NCBI GenBank assembly: GCA_963843375.1
Contig: CAWJKT010000006.1
Coordinates: forward strand, 160,001-224,000
Direction: 5' to 3'
Length of the DNA: 64,000 nt
From: an uncultured Pseudomonadota bacterium
GTDB lineage: Bacteria > Oederibacteriota > Muellerivitia > Muellerivitales > Muellerivitaceae
The notes under the pieces are model-generated. The model saw only the letters and a program-made list of their open reading frames with translations, was not told the DNA's origin and did no database searches. How positions within the stretch are numbered: the first letter of the stretch is position 1; every line of letters starts with the position of its first letter. The position numbers and the translations under genes were made by a program. Below are positions 51,664 to 62,350 of the stretch, piece after piece.

Positions 51664-52443
51664 TTATGGTGCTTTAGGAGTCGTCACGGGTGACTCGGCA
51701 AATTGAGTGGTGGCATTGCCATAGAAGGTCATGGTTCCGGTATGAGATAAGCGGCTTTGAAGATCGATCCACAGTTCCCCGCCCAAATCGGTCCATCGGC
51801 GGCAAAAGCTGTAATCCTCACTTAAATAAATCCCGGTTTCCCTGTCGACAATACAATTAAAAAGCCCCGATCTCCACTTGCTTCCCCGAAGAGGATCTTC
51901 CGCCTGGTGCTCCCGGGTGTAACGAAGATCCGGGTAGGATTCGACCATCTTGATCAGTGTCGCCCTTTTAACCATCATAAAACCCGTTCCAGCGTACCGG
52001 ACTTTAGCGAACCCGTTTTTGGATTCGATCTTGGCGGGGTCCTCGAACTCCAAGACATAAGACAAAGAGGCGGATTCTAGATTGGCCATGCCGGCCTTAG
52101 CCATCAGTCCCACTTTCATCCAATCGATGCGCTTAGTGGGATAAACCCCGGCCACCAAATCGGCATTAAAATCCAATAACCGGAAAACTTGTTCGGGGTC
52201 AAAAGAAATATCGGCATCCACGAACAAAAGGTGGGTTCCGGAACTTTCGAGGAAATGCGCCGCGACATTTTGTCGGGCGCGGGTAATCAGGGCATCCCCC
52301 GATAGCATATTGACGCTTAAGTCAGTATTGCCTCGTTGGAGACAAGCGTGCTGAAGCCGCATGAGAGATGTGGTGAAGAGACTGGTGACCAGGCCGCCAT
52401 AACAGGGCGTTCCGATAACCAGGTGAGTGCGGGGTTGGGACAT
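51664..52443 (-). CDS. GT-A-fold glycosyltransferase-like protein
   Basis: TPCYGG, LITRARQ, HLLFVDADI (DxD), GTGFMMV, YLSEDYSFCRRW. Confidence 0.7.
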   Translation of the reverse strand: MSQPRTHLVIGTPCYGGLVTSLFTTSLMRLQHACLQRGNTDLSVNMLSGDALITRARQNVAAHFLESSGTHLLFVDADISFDPEQVFRLLDFNADLVAGVYPTKRIDWMKVGLMAKAGMANLESASLSYVLEFEDPAKIESKNGFAKVRYAGTGFMMVKRATLIKMVESYPDLRYTREHQAEDPLRGSKWRSGLFNCIVDRETGIYLSEDYSFCRRWTDLGGELWIDLQSRLSHTGTMTFYGNATTQFAESPVTTPKAP

Positions 52444-52781
52444 GCGCTTATATTACTGAAATTCCTTGGCCTTTGCAGGCGGAAAAGCTAAGCCTTTTTC
52501 CATCCAAAAAAGATTATTTTCTTCGTGATAAATACATCCTGCGACTCCTGAAAGCCAAATAGACTTACGGAGTAAATATACCTATCCCATCCATTCAACC
52601 CAGGAAGTGGAAAACGGTCTAAACTTTATCCTCAATGAGTTTCAAAGCTACATTCCCTGGTAGTTCGATAACCCCAAAACCGAACCCGGGCCATAATTAT
52701 CCTCTATTTACCGTATTCTTGGGGCACAAGGACTATACTCAATGAGTAAACAAAATCTAGCGACAGAAGGAAAAAACCAAT

Positions 52782-53042
52782 ATGGAAATCCAAGAAAATG
52801 ATTTGGGAAAAATCGTTCAATTACCAGTCAAACCCGAATGGGGTTTGGGAATCATCAGCAAGGTGGAGAACCGTTTCGCTTTCATCATATTCCGAAGCAC
52901 GGAAGAGAAAACCGCCAAGAAATACTACCGAGTTGAAAATCCGTTGAAGTTGGCTTCCGATCAGGTACAACCGGATCTTACGAAACGGGCTCGTGCGAAA
53001 AACAAGAAGGTCAAAATCGTCGTTGCCAGGCCGGCTGAATAA
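52782..53042 (+). CDS. Small SH3-like (DUF3553-like) hypothetical protein
   Basis: PEWGLGII motif; GAAGGA RBS. Confidence 0.55.
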   Translation: MEIQENDLGKIVQLPVKPEWGLGIISKVENRFAFIIFRSTEEKTAKKYYRVENPLKLASDQVQPDLTKRARAKNKKVKIVVARPAE

Positions 53043-53370
53043 AAGAATTAATACAACCGATAAACAACCTCAACTTCCGTTCCCCAATTACTAGTCCCCT
53101 CTAATAATCCAGTGGAAGCGATGGCTTTCTTTACCGAATAACCAAATTCCAGCCTTTAGCTGGCATTTTTTTCTTATAATCAGTTTTACCTTTTGATAAG
53201 AATAAATTAGCCCTTTCATCAGGCTACCCCTTGTTGTATATCAACTGGCGGAACAATCTTCAAAATGGGCTCCTTAACGAAAGGAAGGTGCATACCATCC
53301 AAATTGATCCAAGGCACTCGAATGAATGGAGCCATTCCACTTACAACTAGCCTATCTTTTAACCTTTGCC

Positions 53371-55726
53371 TCAATTGAGTTTAATATTCACCATCTCTTC
53401 AATTTCCCTGATAAAGGTCCTTTGCTTTTCGTTAACCGGACGAATAAAAAATACTTGTTTCCGTGCTCTTGTGATTGCCACGTACATCAGATGTCTTTCC
53501 TCAGCAAACCGGAAGTTTTCCCTTGGGGCCGCTACCAAATCCAACACAGGGTCATCTTCAATTACGCTCGGGAAGCTGTTCTTCTTGGGCGGTATAATAA
53601 AAACATAATCCGCTTCCAGCCCTTTTGATTTATGGATTGTCATATATTCGATCTTTAGGTTTTTAAAGGCTTTTTGTAAATCAGAAAAATATTCCGGGAC
53701 ATCTTCGTTGTAACGCCCTAAAAAGTAGACGCTGGCCCCCTTGTCTTTTTCAGTCTTATCGATTGATTCAAGGAACATTTTTCACGACGCCTCGATTATG
53801 AATTCTAACAACTTGGTTAATTTTCTGGGTTTGATGAAAACTTCTTACCGACTTTGAGCGTTGATGAGGATTCTTTGTGATGAACTTTTTCCCTAATTCC
53901 ACCACATTGGGGTACGACCGGTAGTTAACACCGATTTCCATGACTTTATTGTTTGGAAAAATTTTTTCAAAATTTTGGATCATTCCCACATCACTTCCAT
54001 TAAACCGGTAGATGGATTGCCAGTCATCGCCGACAAAGAAAAGGCGACAATTGTCGTTTTTATCTCCTATGGCCCGAATTAATTTAATGGCTCCCTGGGC
54101 CGTATCCTGGAACTCGTCGACAATGATGTAACGAAACCTCAAGCCCAAAACCGGGAAAGCCTGAATGACGTATTGGAAGGATTTGTTCAGCATATCGCCA
54201 AAATCAATTTGCCCTTCCGACTCAATGGAAGATTGGTATGAATCGTAGAAGATCCTGAAAATTTTAAGAAAAGCCAGGTTACGTAATCTAGAGATGGAAG
54301 GCCCTTCTTGCGCCTTAACAGTTAAGTCATCAATATTCAGGCCGCTGGTTTTAAACAGATCAGTGAATTTCCTAAGGATTTTTTTCAAGAATTGGCTAAC
54401 ATCACTTTTGCGGATTAATTTATCTAAGTCAACTGGTTGCTCGTTGAACACAACCCCTTCTTTTTGAAGCATCTTCTCCAATTCGGTCTCAAGGATGCCG
54501 TCGGCTTGTTGATGACTATAAGTACAAATTAACTTCGTTTTATTAGCTTTGTGGAGCAATTCCTTCCAGTTCATTCCCTCAACATACCTTTTCTTTTCCT
54601 CACTTGTGAAGAAAGGCGGTGGATTCCCTTTTTTATCCACGCCGAAATGTTCAAGATATATCTGGTAGTCCGTTAAATAAAAATCAGGCTGGTACTGCCT
54701 TTTCTCCAGAGTTTCGGTCGGAATTACATATGGCTTTTCGTATTCAAACCTCACCCCTTTTCTGAAAAGAAAATTCGCGATAACTTTTTCCTCAATGCTT
54801 TTGACTTTGTGGTTTGAAAGTGTATAGAGATCCCCTAATTCCGCTACATACTCATCCCATTCATTTCTCGACTTGAATTCATATTTGGGAATATAAGGTT
54901 TCAGGAAACCAGAGAAATAATTGTTAACCCCTTCATAGAATTCCTTGTTCTTAATGTAAAGCTCTTTAAAAATCTCTAAATCCAGGAAACCTTGGCTGTT
55001 TCGGATGGGAGCATCATCTTCCTCCAAAATCCGAAGCTTCTTTTTCGAACCTCTAGAAATGATCTGGTAACCCAGACTATGGATGGTTCGGCATTCAACG
55101 TCCTCAATTCCGTACCAATCCTTAACCCTTCGTTTCATTTCCCCTGCGGCCTTCTTCCCGAAAGTCAAAAGAAGGATATCCCTCGGATCAACGTTTTTAC
55201 ACTTCACAAGGTATCCTACCTTGGCAGAGATCACGGCGGTTTTACCACTCCCTGCGCCTGCCAAGACAAGAGTGTTGTCCTCGTCACAAATGACAGCGCG
55301 GCGTTGGTCTTCGTCTAATGGATTGAAACCGGATTTATCAAAGAAATCCTTGAATTTAACTAATTCATGATTAACGAAAGCTTCATTATAGGAGCTTCTT
55401 AATTGCAGTTCATTTTTGCATTGGGATTCAAATCCGTTCCATTTATTCCGTAGTCCCGGTTCGATGTCGAAATCGTCCAATAAAGCGAAGCCTTTTTCGA
55501 GAAGGTCAATTGCCTTAACAGACCAACCCTGAGCCTTTTTCTGATTGAAATACCCGCATCGAAATTCCCGATAATCCTCAAATTCTTCGATTAGGGAATT
55601 CAATTGATAATCGAATTCTTTTGTTTTTTCTGGCCCAAGTTTTTGTTTAAGAAAGTTTGGCTTAAGCTTTCTTCTTTTCTTTCCAAACAATCGGAGAAAA
55701 AAAAGGATCAAATTGAAAATTTTCAT
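53371..55726 (-). CDS. UvrD/HelD (helicase IV-like) SF1 helicase with inserted nuclease-like segment; frameshift near 53780
   Basis: LAGAGSGKT, IVDEFQD, VGDDWQSIYRFNG, NYRS; second frame TIHKSKGLEAD, EERHLMYVAITRAR. Confidence 0.88.
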
Positions 55727-56104
55727 TTTTCCACCTTGAATCTTTTACGTTTCTTGAGGTTATACCTCTATCAATTGCTTTAATTCCAACCAAAAACGGG
55801 TTAAATATACCCAGAACCAATTACAAAATGAAATTGACGGTGAAATTGTGCCTTTACAAAAGGGGGGCCGAAAGGTGTTGAGTTATACTGGACAAATGGT
55901 GGGGTTAGACCAATTAAGCCCCAGCGTCCAAGTGGTTCATACCAAGATGCAAATTAGCGATACTCCACAAATAAACTGTGTCGCCAATATTCATTAGTGA
56001 TTCGTATTGTTTTTGATTTATTAAGAAAAGTATTTCTTTGTAAGATTTAATATAGCCGTCGATATCAAAAACATCTGGATTGCTCTAAAAAATCCAATAG
56101 TTCA

Positions 56105-56504
56105 TTACTTATTCCTAAATTCAGACAAAGCATCTAATATTTTTTGTACGTATTTATTTGGATTTTTTAAAAGATCAAATTCCCATATTCTTATTATTCG
56201 CCAACCGTCCTTCTTTAAAACTTTATTAACAAATTTATCTCTTTGGATATTGCCTTCTATTTTATTTATCCAATATTTCTTGTTTGATTTTGGCATCCTA
56301 CATCTCGAGGGATTTCCATGCCAGAAATCAGAATCTATGAATACAATTAATTTCCTACTGCGGAAGACTATATCTGGTTTGCCAAATATCGATTTAACAT
56401 TTCTGGAAAAATATAAGTTATGTTTTTTTAAAGCTTTTGAAATAAACAATTCCGGTTTTGTGTTTGAAGACCGGATATTCTTCATGTTCTTTTTACGTTG
56501 GGCG
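56105..56504 (-). pseudogene. vsr: Very short patch repair endonuclease, 5' end cut by the IS (an in-frame ATG remains at 56485)
   Basis: AQRKKNMKNIRSSNTKPE, GKPDI, FIDSDFWHG, GWRIIRIWE; frame meets the IS end at 56504. Confidence 0.85.
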
Positions 56505-56578
56505 TGACCTGCCCCCCAAAAATCGGTCCAGAAATAAAGTCACAAAAACTTTAAAATGGACCCACAAAGGGGGCATAT

Positions 56579-57732
56579 ATGCCACGCAAAGGACATACTG
56601 CTGAACAGATTATATCCATTCTCCGTCAGGTGGAGGTGGAACAATCGAAGGGAAAAACGGTAGAAGAAGCCTGCCGCGAATCCCAGGTAGCACCTCACAC
56701 CTATTACAGCTGGCGCAAAAAATATGGCGGAATGAAAGTCGATGAAGCCAAGCGCCTCAAAGAGCTAGAAAAAGAGAACGCTAGGTTGAAACACCTGGTG
56801 GCTGATCTCACTCTGGATAAACACATGCTCCAAGAGGTACTCAAGGGAAACTTCTGAGCCCGGCCAAATTGCGCCGGGCGGCCTTGTGGATGATAGAAAC
56901 CTTTCGGGTTTCCCAACGAAGAGCCTGTCAGGTGACGGCTCAACACCGAAACTCGTACCGTTACTTGCCCCAAATCAGGTCAGACGAACCACCCTTGGTG
57001 GCTCGAATGATCGAGTTGGCTTGTATGTATGGCCGATACGGTTACCGACGGATAACGGCCATGCTGAATTGGGAAGGGTTCCGGGCGAACCACAAGCGGA
57101 TTGAAAGGTTGTGGCGGGAAGCAGGACTTAAAGTACCGCAAAAACAGCCGAAAAGACGGAGGCTATGGTTCAACGACGGGTCTTGTTTACGTCTGAGAGC
57201 TGAAAGACCCAACCATGTATGGAGCTATGACTTTGTAGCGGAAAAAACCACAGATGGAAGGCCCTTTCGGATTCTAACGTTGATAGATGAATTCACCCAT
57301 GAGTGTCTCGCCTTGCCGGTAGAGCGGAAGTTCAAGGCCCACGACATCCAAGGGATATTGGCCGACCTGTTCATGCAAAGGGGTGTGCCGGATTACATTC
57401 GTTCGGATAACGGCCCTGAGTTTGTGGCTAAAGAACTCAAAGACTGGCTGCCAAAGGTAGGAGTGAAAACGGCCTACATCGAACCAGGCAGTCCTTGGGA
57501 GAACGGCTACAACGAGAGTTTCAACGGCAAGTTTCGGTATGACTTGCTGGATGGGGAGATCTTCGATACTCTTTGGGAGGCAAGGGTGATCGTCGAGAGA
57601 TGGCGGAGGGAGTACAACACAAGGAGACCGCACAGCTCCTTGAGGTTACTTCCACCGGCACCAGAAGCATGGATCTTAGAACCTAAGACAAGGCCGATGC
57701 CGCTGTTGGGTTCAATAAATCTGCTGGTCTGA
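56579..57732 (+). CDS. IS3-family transposase OrfA (56579-56857) and OrfB (-1 programmed frameshift)
   Basis: HTH OrfA; YGYRRI, WSYDF, RSDNGPEF, ENGYNESFNG; slippery GGGAAAC at 56845-56851 followed by a GCCCGGC/GCCGGGC hairpin. Confidence 0.95.
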
Positions 57733-58942
57733 ACCCCGAAAACTGGTCCAATTATAATGTTAGTTGAAAAATTGGATTTTGGGGGAGGTAGAGATGAGAA
57801 AAAGTCGATTTACAGCCGAGCAGATCGCGCATGCAGTTCGGCAAGCTGAAGCAGGAACACCAATAGCCGAAATCGTCCGTCACCTGGGAGTTTCCCAACA
57901 AACCTTCTTTCGGTGGAAAAAACAATACATAGGCATGGGTGTGTCCGAGATCAGAAGGCTTCGCCAACTGGAAGAAGAAAATAAAAAACTAAAGCAGTTA
58001 GTCGCTGACCTTTCGTTGGACAAACAGATGCTTCAGGATGTGTTATCAAAAAAATACTGAGGCCCGCCAAGAAACGCGTAATGGCCGAGGATTTACGCGA
58101 AAGATATAGGGTGAGCGAACGGCGGGCCTGTAAGGTAGTTCAAATTCAACGGAATAGTTATCGATACCAAAGTACAAAAGATCCACAGGTCGCTTTGCGA
58201 ATGCGGTTGAAGGATTTGGCTGAAACCAGAGTACGGTATGGGTATCGGCGATTGACGATTCTTTTGAACCGAGAGGGTTGGCGCGTTAATCACAAACGCA
58301 TTCATCGGCTCTACCTTGAAGAAAACCTAATGATCAGGCGGAAAACGCCACGTCGTCGAGTAAGTGCCAAAATCAGGATGGACACACTTCAAGTAACGGG
58401 GCCAAACCAATGTTGGGCGATGGACTTTGTTTCCGAAAGTTTGTATGACGGACGGACTTTTAGGATTTTTACGTTAGTAGATCACTTTAGTCGTGAGAGT
58501 CTTGCTGCGGACGCGGGACAAAATTTCACGGGAGAACGAGTTGTAAAAATTTTGGATCGAGTTGCGGCTCAAAGGGGATACCCGCAACGAATTCGAATGG
58601 ACAATGGACCCGAGTTCACCTCGAAGGCATTGGATAAATGGGCGTATCTCAATGGTGTTGATTTGGATTTCAGTCGGCCTGGAAAACCAACGGACAACGC
58701 ATTTATCGAGTCGTTCCATTCCAACTTTCGAAAAGAATGCTTAAATCAACATTGGTTCTTTTCTTTGACGGATGCAAAAGATAAGATTCAGGAATGGAGG
58801 CAGGAGTACAATACGACTCGGCCGCACAGTTCTTTGGGGAACCTGGCACCGCTGGAGTTCGCGAAGCAACGACCAATGACGAAGGTGTCGTAAAAAGAAA
58901 AAAACTAACATTCTGAATGGTACAAAGATGGGGGCCGGCTCA
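57725..58942 (+). mobile_element. IS3-family element (inner, 1218 bp) inserted in the last codons of the outer orfB
   Basis: TG...CA ends with imperfect IRs; 4-bp target duplication CTGC at 57721-57724 and 58943-58946. Confidence 0.9.
57794..58893 (+). CDS. IS3-family transposase OrfA (57794-58060) and OrfB
   Basis: MRKSRFTAEQI; A7 slippery run at 58048-58054; YGYRRL, WAMDF, DNGPEF, PGKPTDNAFIESF. Confidence 0.95.
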
Positions 58943-58992
58943 CTGCTCTTTGGTGTGAGTTAATAAATGGTGCAAAAGATGGGGGCGGGTCA

Positions 58993-59532
58993 CATTCTTA
59001 TACCAACAATTAGCACACGTTCCCTGAATTGCGGGACTCCATACTCCGCAAAATTATAGAGTTTCGGCTTTATCAAATAACCAGGAACTATTTTTTCAAA
59101 ATCATTAACAATTTGTTCTATTGCTTTTCCAGCATTAGCGGTCAGTAAACCTTTAACATTTTCAGCAACAAATGCTTTTGGCCGCTTAGCATCTACAAAC
59201 CTTAAATAACTCTTGTAGAGATTTCCGCGTTCACCCTCTAAACCGGGGCGTTTCCAAATAACTGAAAAATCCTGGCAAGGAAATCCGCCCAACATAAAAT
59301 CACAAGCGGGTATTGTTTTATCTTTGTAGGGGTCAACCTTCTCAATATCACCCCAAAACATCACATCACCAATATTTTTCCTAAATGTTTGAGCAGCCCA
59401 CTCGTTGTAATCGTTGGACCAAACGACGTCATACCCTTGTTGGTGAAAACCAAGGTCCAACCCTCCACAACCGGCAAATAATGAAATTGTTTTTGGTTTT
59501 TTAATACTTCTCTTCAACGTAGGCTCCGTCAA
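58993..59532 (-). pseudogene. DNA (cytosine-5) methyltransferase, 3' half missing
   Basis: SLFAGCGG (I), GFPCQDFS (IV), ENV (VI), QFRER (VIII); the stop is supplied by the IS end, and the TRD and motifs IX-X are absent. Confidence 0.92.
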
Positions 59533-59970
59533 ATTTTATAGATCATTGATTTTCTGATTTTAGCTGGATGGTAATTAAAATGCCGCATTATTCGGAAACT
59601 TAACTATCCTCCAAAACCCGGCCCATTCCCACTTAGTCTTCAGAAAGCCAACGAATTCCTTGGCTTTTGAGAACCTTTCAAAAAAAAACCGGTTTTTCTC
59701 TCAACTGGAATACCAACCCATAATGAATTGGATTGGTTTTGATTTCATTCGTTCTTCCTATTTTGCCTGATTGCTACACCACTAAACTTTATCAATCTTG
59801 GAGAAGCCTTTCGGGCTTATTGGGAATTGGGGCAATTTCGGAATTGACTAAGCGTTCAAAATAACATTTCACTAGCTTTTGGTTTGAATTGGTACTTGGA
59901 ACCCTAAAGGTAGACGATCGGACATACAGTTCTGTTTGGAATTACCATTAGTGAAAAATCCTTTAAATAA

Positions 59971-60015
59971 TGGCGGGGTTGACGGGGCTCGAACCCGCGA
60001 CCTCCTGCGTGACAG
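59971..60015 (-). tRNA. 3' fragment of tRNA-Asp(GTC); probable att site, not a complete tRNA
   Basis: CTGTCACGCAGGAGGTCGCGGGTTCGAGCCCCGTCAACCCCGCCA: anticodon loop, T arm, G73, CCA. The 5' anticodon stem, D arm and 5' acceptor strand are absent. Confidence 0.88.
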
Positions 60016-60084
60016 TGAGTCGCAAGCTTTTCGCCGACCTCGCCGGTTGAGTTAGTAAAAAAATTCAGTCCCCAGCACAATTTC

Positions 60085-60138
60085 AAAGGCCTTTGCCTGT
60101 AAGGGTTTTGCCACCCAAGCAAGCGGAGGCCTTTTTTT
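60085..60138 (+). terminator. Terminator-like hairpin
   Basis: AAAGGCCT...AGGCCTTT followed by a T run. Confidence 0.5.
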
Positions 60139-60142
60139 GTAC

Positions 60143-60193
60143 GCGACGGTCAAGGACACGGTGCGACGGTCAAAACCCGATTTTGACGGTTGA
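60143..60193. repeat. Three GACGGTYRA direct repeats at a 20-bp period
   Basis: GACGGT at 60145, 60165 and 60185; the first two share GCGACGGTCAA. Confidence 0.8.
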
Positions 60194-60313
60194 GTTTGAC
60201 ACGTATATGACACCAAACGAGCCCTTAACCGGAGAAAAATGACCTCCTGTTTTCCATGGAGGAGGTCAAAATTCAAGCCGTTTTCCTTCCCCCTTGTCAT
60301 ATACGTGTCAAAC
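60194..60313. repeat. Perfect 19-bp inverted repeat enclosing a concentric 9-bp inverted repeat
   Basis: GTTTGACACGTATATGACA (60194-60212) / TGTCATATACGTGTCAAAC (60295-60313); TGACCTCCT (60240-60248) / AGGAGGTCA (60260-60268). Confidence 0.92.
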
Positions 60314-60385
60314 ATGCTCACTTATGAGTGGCAAAAGATAACCAACATTTTTGACGTTAACGACAGGTCCCCGTCGTTGAATTTT

Positions 60386-62350
60386 TTAATTTACCGGAGT
60401 GGTTACTGGAGAAAGTTTCATGTGGTGATGTTTGTAATGGATTGCGCCGGGTTGGGCCATTTGATGAATATGTGTAAATTGGCCAAAGGCCGAAGGCCCG
60501 CCTTTTAATGCGGCATTCTTAAGGGCGGACATTACTTTTTCCTGCTCATCTTTTTGATCCGTCCAATTTATTCCTTTGTCCAAAACAATATCCACCCCTT
60601 TAGTTTTATAAAAATCGGGAAAATCGGAGCTTGTATCCATCCACTCTCCGCCAATGTAAGAAAATATCCAAGGCCATTTGATTGATTCGGCCACTTCCTG
60701 AACAATTATTATGTCGTAATGACCATTCTTTCTTAAGTCCAATACCTGATCGCCTGTTTCAGCCGCATCGCATTCAAAGGAAAATAATTTCTGGTTAATC
60801 AAATCCAAATCATAAATATGAATAAACGCACCGCCGGTGTCCCCGTGACGCCAGACTATTATTCGATATTTATCATTACCCAAGGATTCCATTTCCATTC
60901 TATCAACATGATTCATGCTTCCATCGATCAAGAAGGCTTTGTTAGAGTGGTTCGTAGGAATGAAATATAGGCAATTGTAAAAACCCCATAAATACCCCCA
61001 GCTTGTTTCCTGATATCTTTCCAAATCCTCATTCCCACCAACATTGTCTTCCGAAAAATCAAAGCCTAAATCCCCGAGGGTCTTGAAATCCTGTTTAAAT
61101 TTAATGAAATCTTTTTTTGTGTAATTCGTATCTTCAACCGTATCGTCATCGGCTGAATCATCGGTAGTTGGGTCATATTGGGCAATTTTTGCAATCGGAA
61201 GGTTTGCTTCACCAATTGATTTTGCAAATGCCACAAGACTTTGAGATGCTTTTATCATCCTAAATTCATCTTCACCAAAACCAGGAGACGGAGGTGAATA
61301 CTTCCAAAAATCCTTACCAATTTCGCCTTTCTCATCCAAGGTAAAAGGACGAGAAGGTCGAACATTTTGATCGTCTTTTCGGCCCTCATTAACAAAATAA
61401 TTAATATCTTTTTTTAGCAAATCGCCGTTAAACTTCAAAATATTTCCTCCCGCCAAAACCCAAACATCGTTGTTTTTATCTACAGCCAAACCCTCCATCA
61501 GTAATCGATCGCCTACCTTCCATTGGGCGATGAAATCACCATTGGTATCGAACCTTTCAATGCGGCCATTCGCATCAGCAACATAAATGTTATCATCCGG
61601 TCCACATGCGATTGCCCGTGGAAATAATAGGTGTCCTGATTCACCACCCCGCCCCCCGAAAGCACCCAGGCATTCTCCCCCGGAATTAAACTTAAAAATG
61701 AAATCCTCGGCGGTAATAATGTAGACGTCACCTTTTGAATCAAAAGCGAAATCCCACGAATGAAAAACGGTTGGGAAGGTCAAATTTAGTTTGGGTTTAA
61801 GTTCTAAGGTTTTAAGCGGGGACAAATGCTCGTTGAACATAGTAATTTTACAATTACTTTGAAGTACCCAAAGAAACCCACTCGGATCAAACTTAATATT
61901 CATACAAAAGGACAATCTATCCGTTGTTTTATCCGGCCAATTAGAAATCAGTTTTAATGAATTGTCATATTTCGTAATTTTATCTAAACCTAAAAAGTAA
62001 AAATTATTTTTGCTATCAATTGCTGTTTTCTTGTAACCCAACGGCGAACTCGGGTTAACCTTTATTGGGAAAACACTTGTTTTGGTATTCCCTTCAGAAT
62101 CTAAATGAATTAATTCCGAGGTTCTAGAGGTTAAAACAAAAACTTCCCCTGTAGGATCAAGGGCCATACTTGCGAGTGAATCATTAATATCTTTAGATTT
62201 AGCCGATAAAGGAGCAGAAAATACCAACGGGTTCACAAAATCAACTGAAGGTCCACCGGCAGGTTCTTCAGCTCCAAAAAGACGAGAAAAAAGGAAAAAC
62301 AAGGTCAATATTACTAAATGTGGTTTTAAGTGAATATTTTTATGTATCAC
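60386..62350 (-). CDS. Secreted NHL-repeat (beta-propeller) protein with unknown C-terminal region
   Basis: Signal peptide; AIDSKNNFY, FDSKGDVY, PRAIACGPDDNIYVADANGRIERFD, GLAVDKNNDVWV. Confidence 0.8.
   Translation of the reverse strand: MIHKNIHLKPHLVILTLFFLFSRLFGAEEPAGGPSVDFVNPLVFSAPLSAKSKDINDSLASMALDPTGEVFVLTSRTSELIHLDSEGNTKTSVFPIKVNPSSPLGYKKTAIDSKNNFYFLGLDKITKYDNSLKLISNWPDKTTDRLSFCMNIKFDPSGFLWVLQSNCKITMFNEHLSPLKTLELKPKLNLTFPTVFHSWDFAFDSKGDVYIITAEDFIFKFNSGGECLGAFGGRGGESGHLLFPRAIACGPDDNIYVADANGRIERFDTNGDFIAQWKVGDRLLMEGLAVDKNNDVWVLAGGNILKFNGDLLKKDINYFVNEGRKDDQNVRPSRPFTLDEKGEIGKDFWKYSPPSPGFGEDEFRMIKASQSLVAFAKSIGEANLPIAKIAQYDPTTDDSADDDTVEDTNYTKKDFIKFKQDFKTLGDLGFDFSEDNVGGNEDLERYQETSWGYLWGFYNCLYFIPTNHSNKAFLIDGSMNHVDRMEMESLGNDKYRIIVWRHGDTGGAFIHIYDLDLINQKLFSFECDAAETGDQVLDLRKNGHYDIIIVQEVAESIKWPWIFSYIGGEWMDTSSDFPDFYKTKGVDIVLDKGINWTDQKDEQEKVMSALKNAALKGGPSAFGQFTHIHQMAQPGAIHYKHHHMKLSPVTTPVN

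Larger units (their letters stand above)
56505..58992 (+). mobile_element. IS3-family element (outer), 1266 bp when the nested IS and one TSD copy are removed
   Basis: Left end TGACCTGCCCCCC at 56505, right end GGGGGCGGGTCA at 58992; no flanking target duplication. Confidence 0.88.

Noticed and set aside
59533..59750. Possible small gene upstream of the methyltransferase
   Set aside because: The minus-strand frame I read has stops and no recognisable domain.
59971..60045. Complete tRNA-Asp gene
   Set aside because: Upstream sequence cannot form the 5' anticodon stem, D arm or acceptor stem.
60143..60313. CRISPR array or retron msr-msd
   Set aside because: The repeats are too short and closely spaced for CRISPR, and no cas or reverse transcriptase gene is in the window. 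A retron cannot be excluded if an RT lies beyond the edge, but nothing here supports one.
60194..60313. TTGACA in the IR arms as -35 promoter boxes
   Set aside because: No -10-like hexamer 16-18 bp downstream on either strand.
59904..60508. Short ORFs around the att site
   Set aside because: They overlap the tRNA fragment and repeats, with no motifs or convincing RBS.
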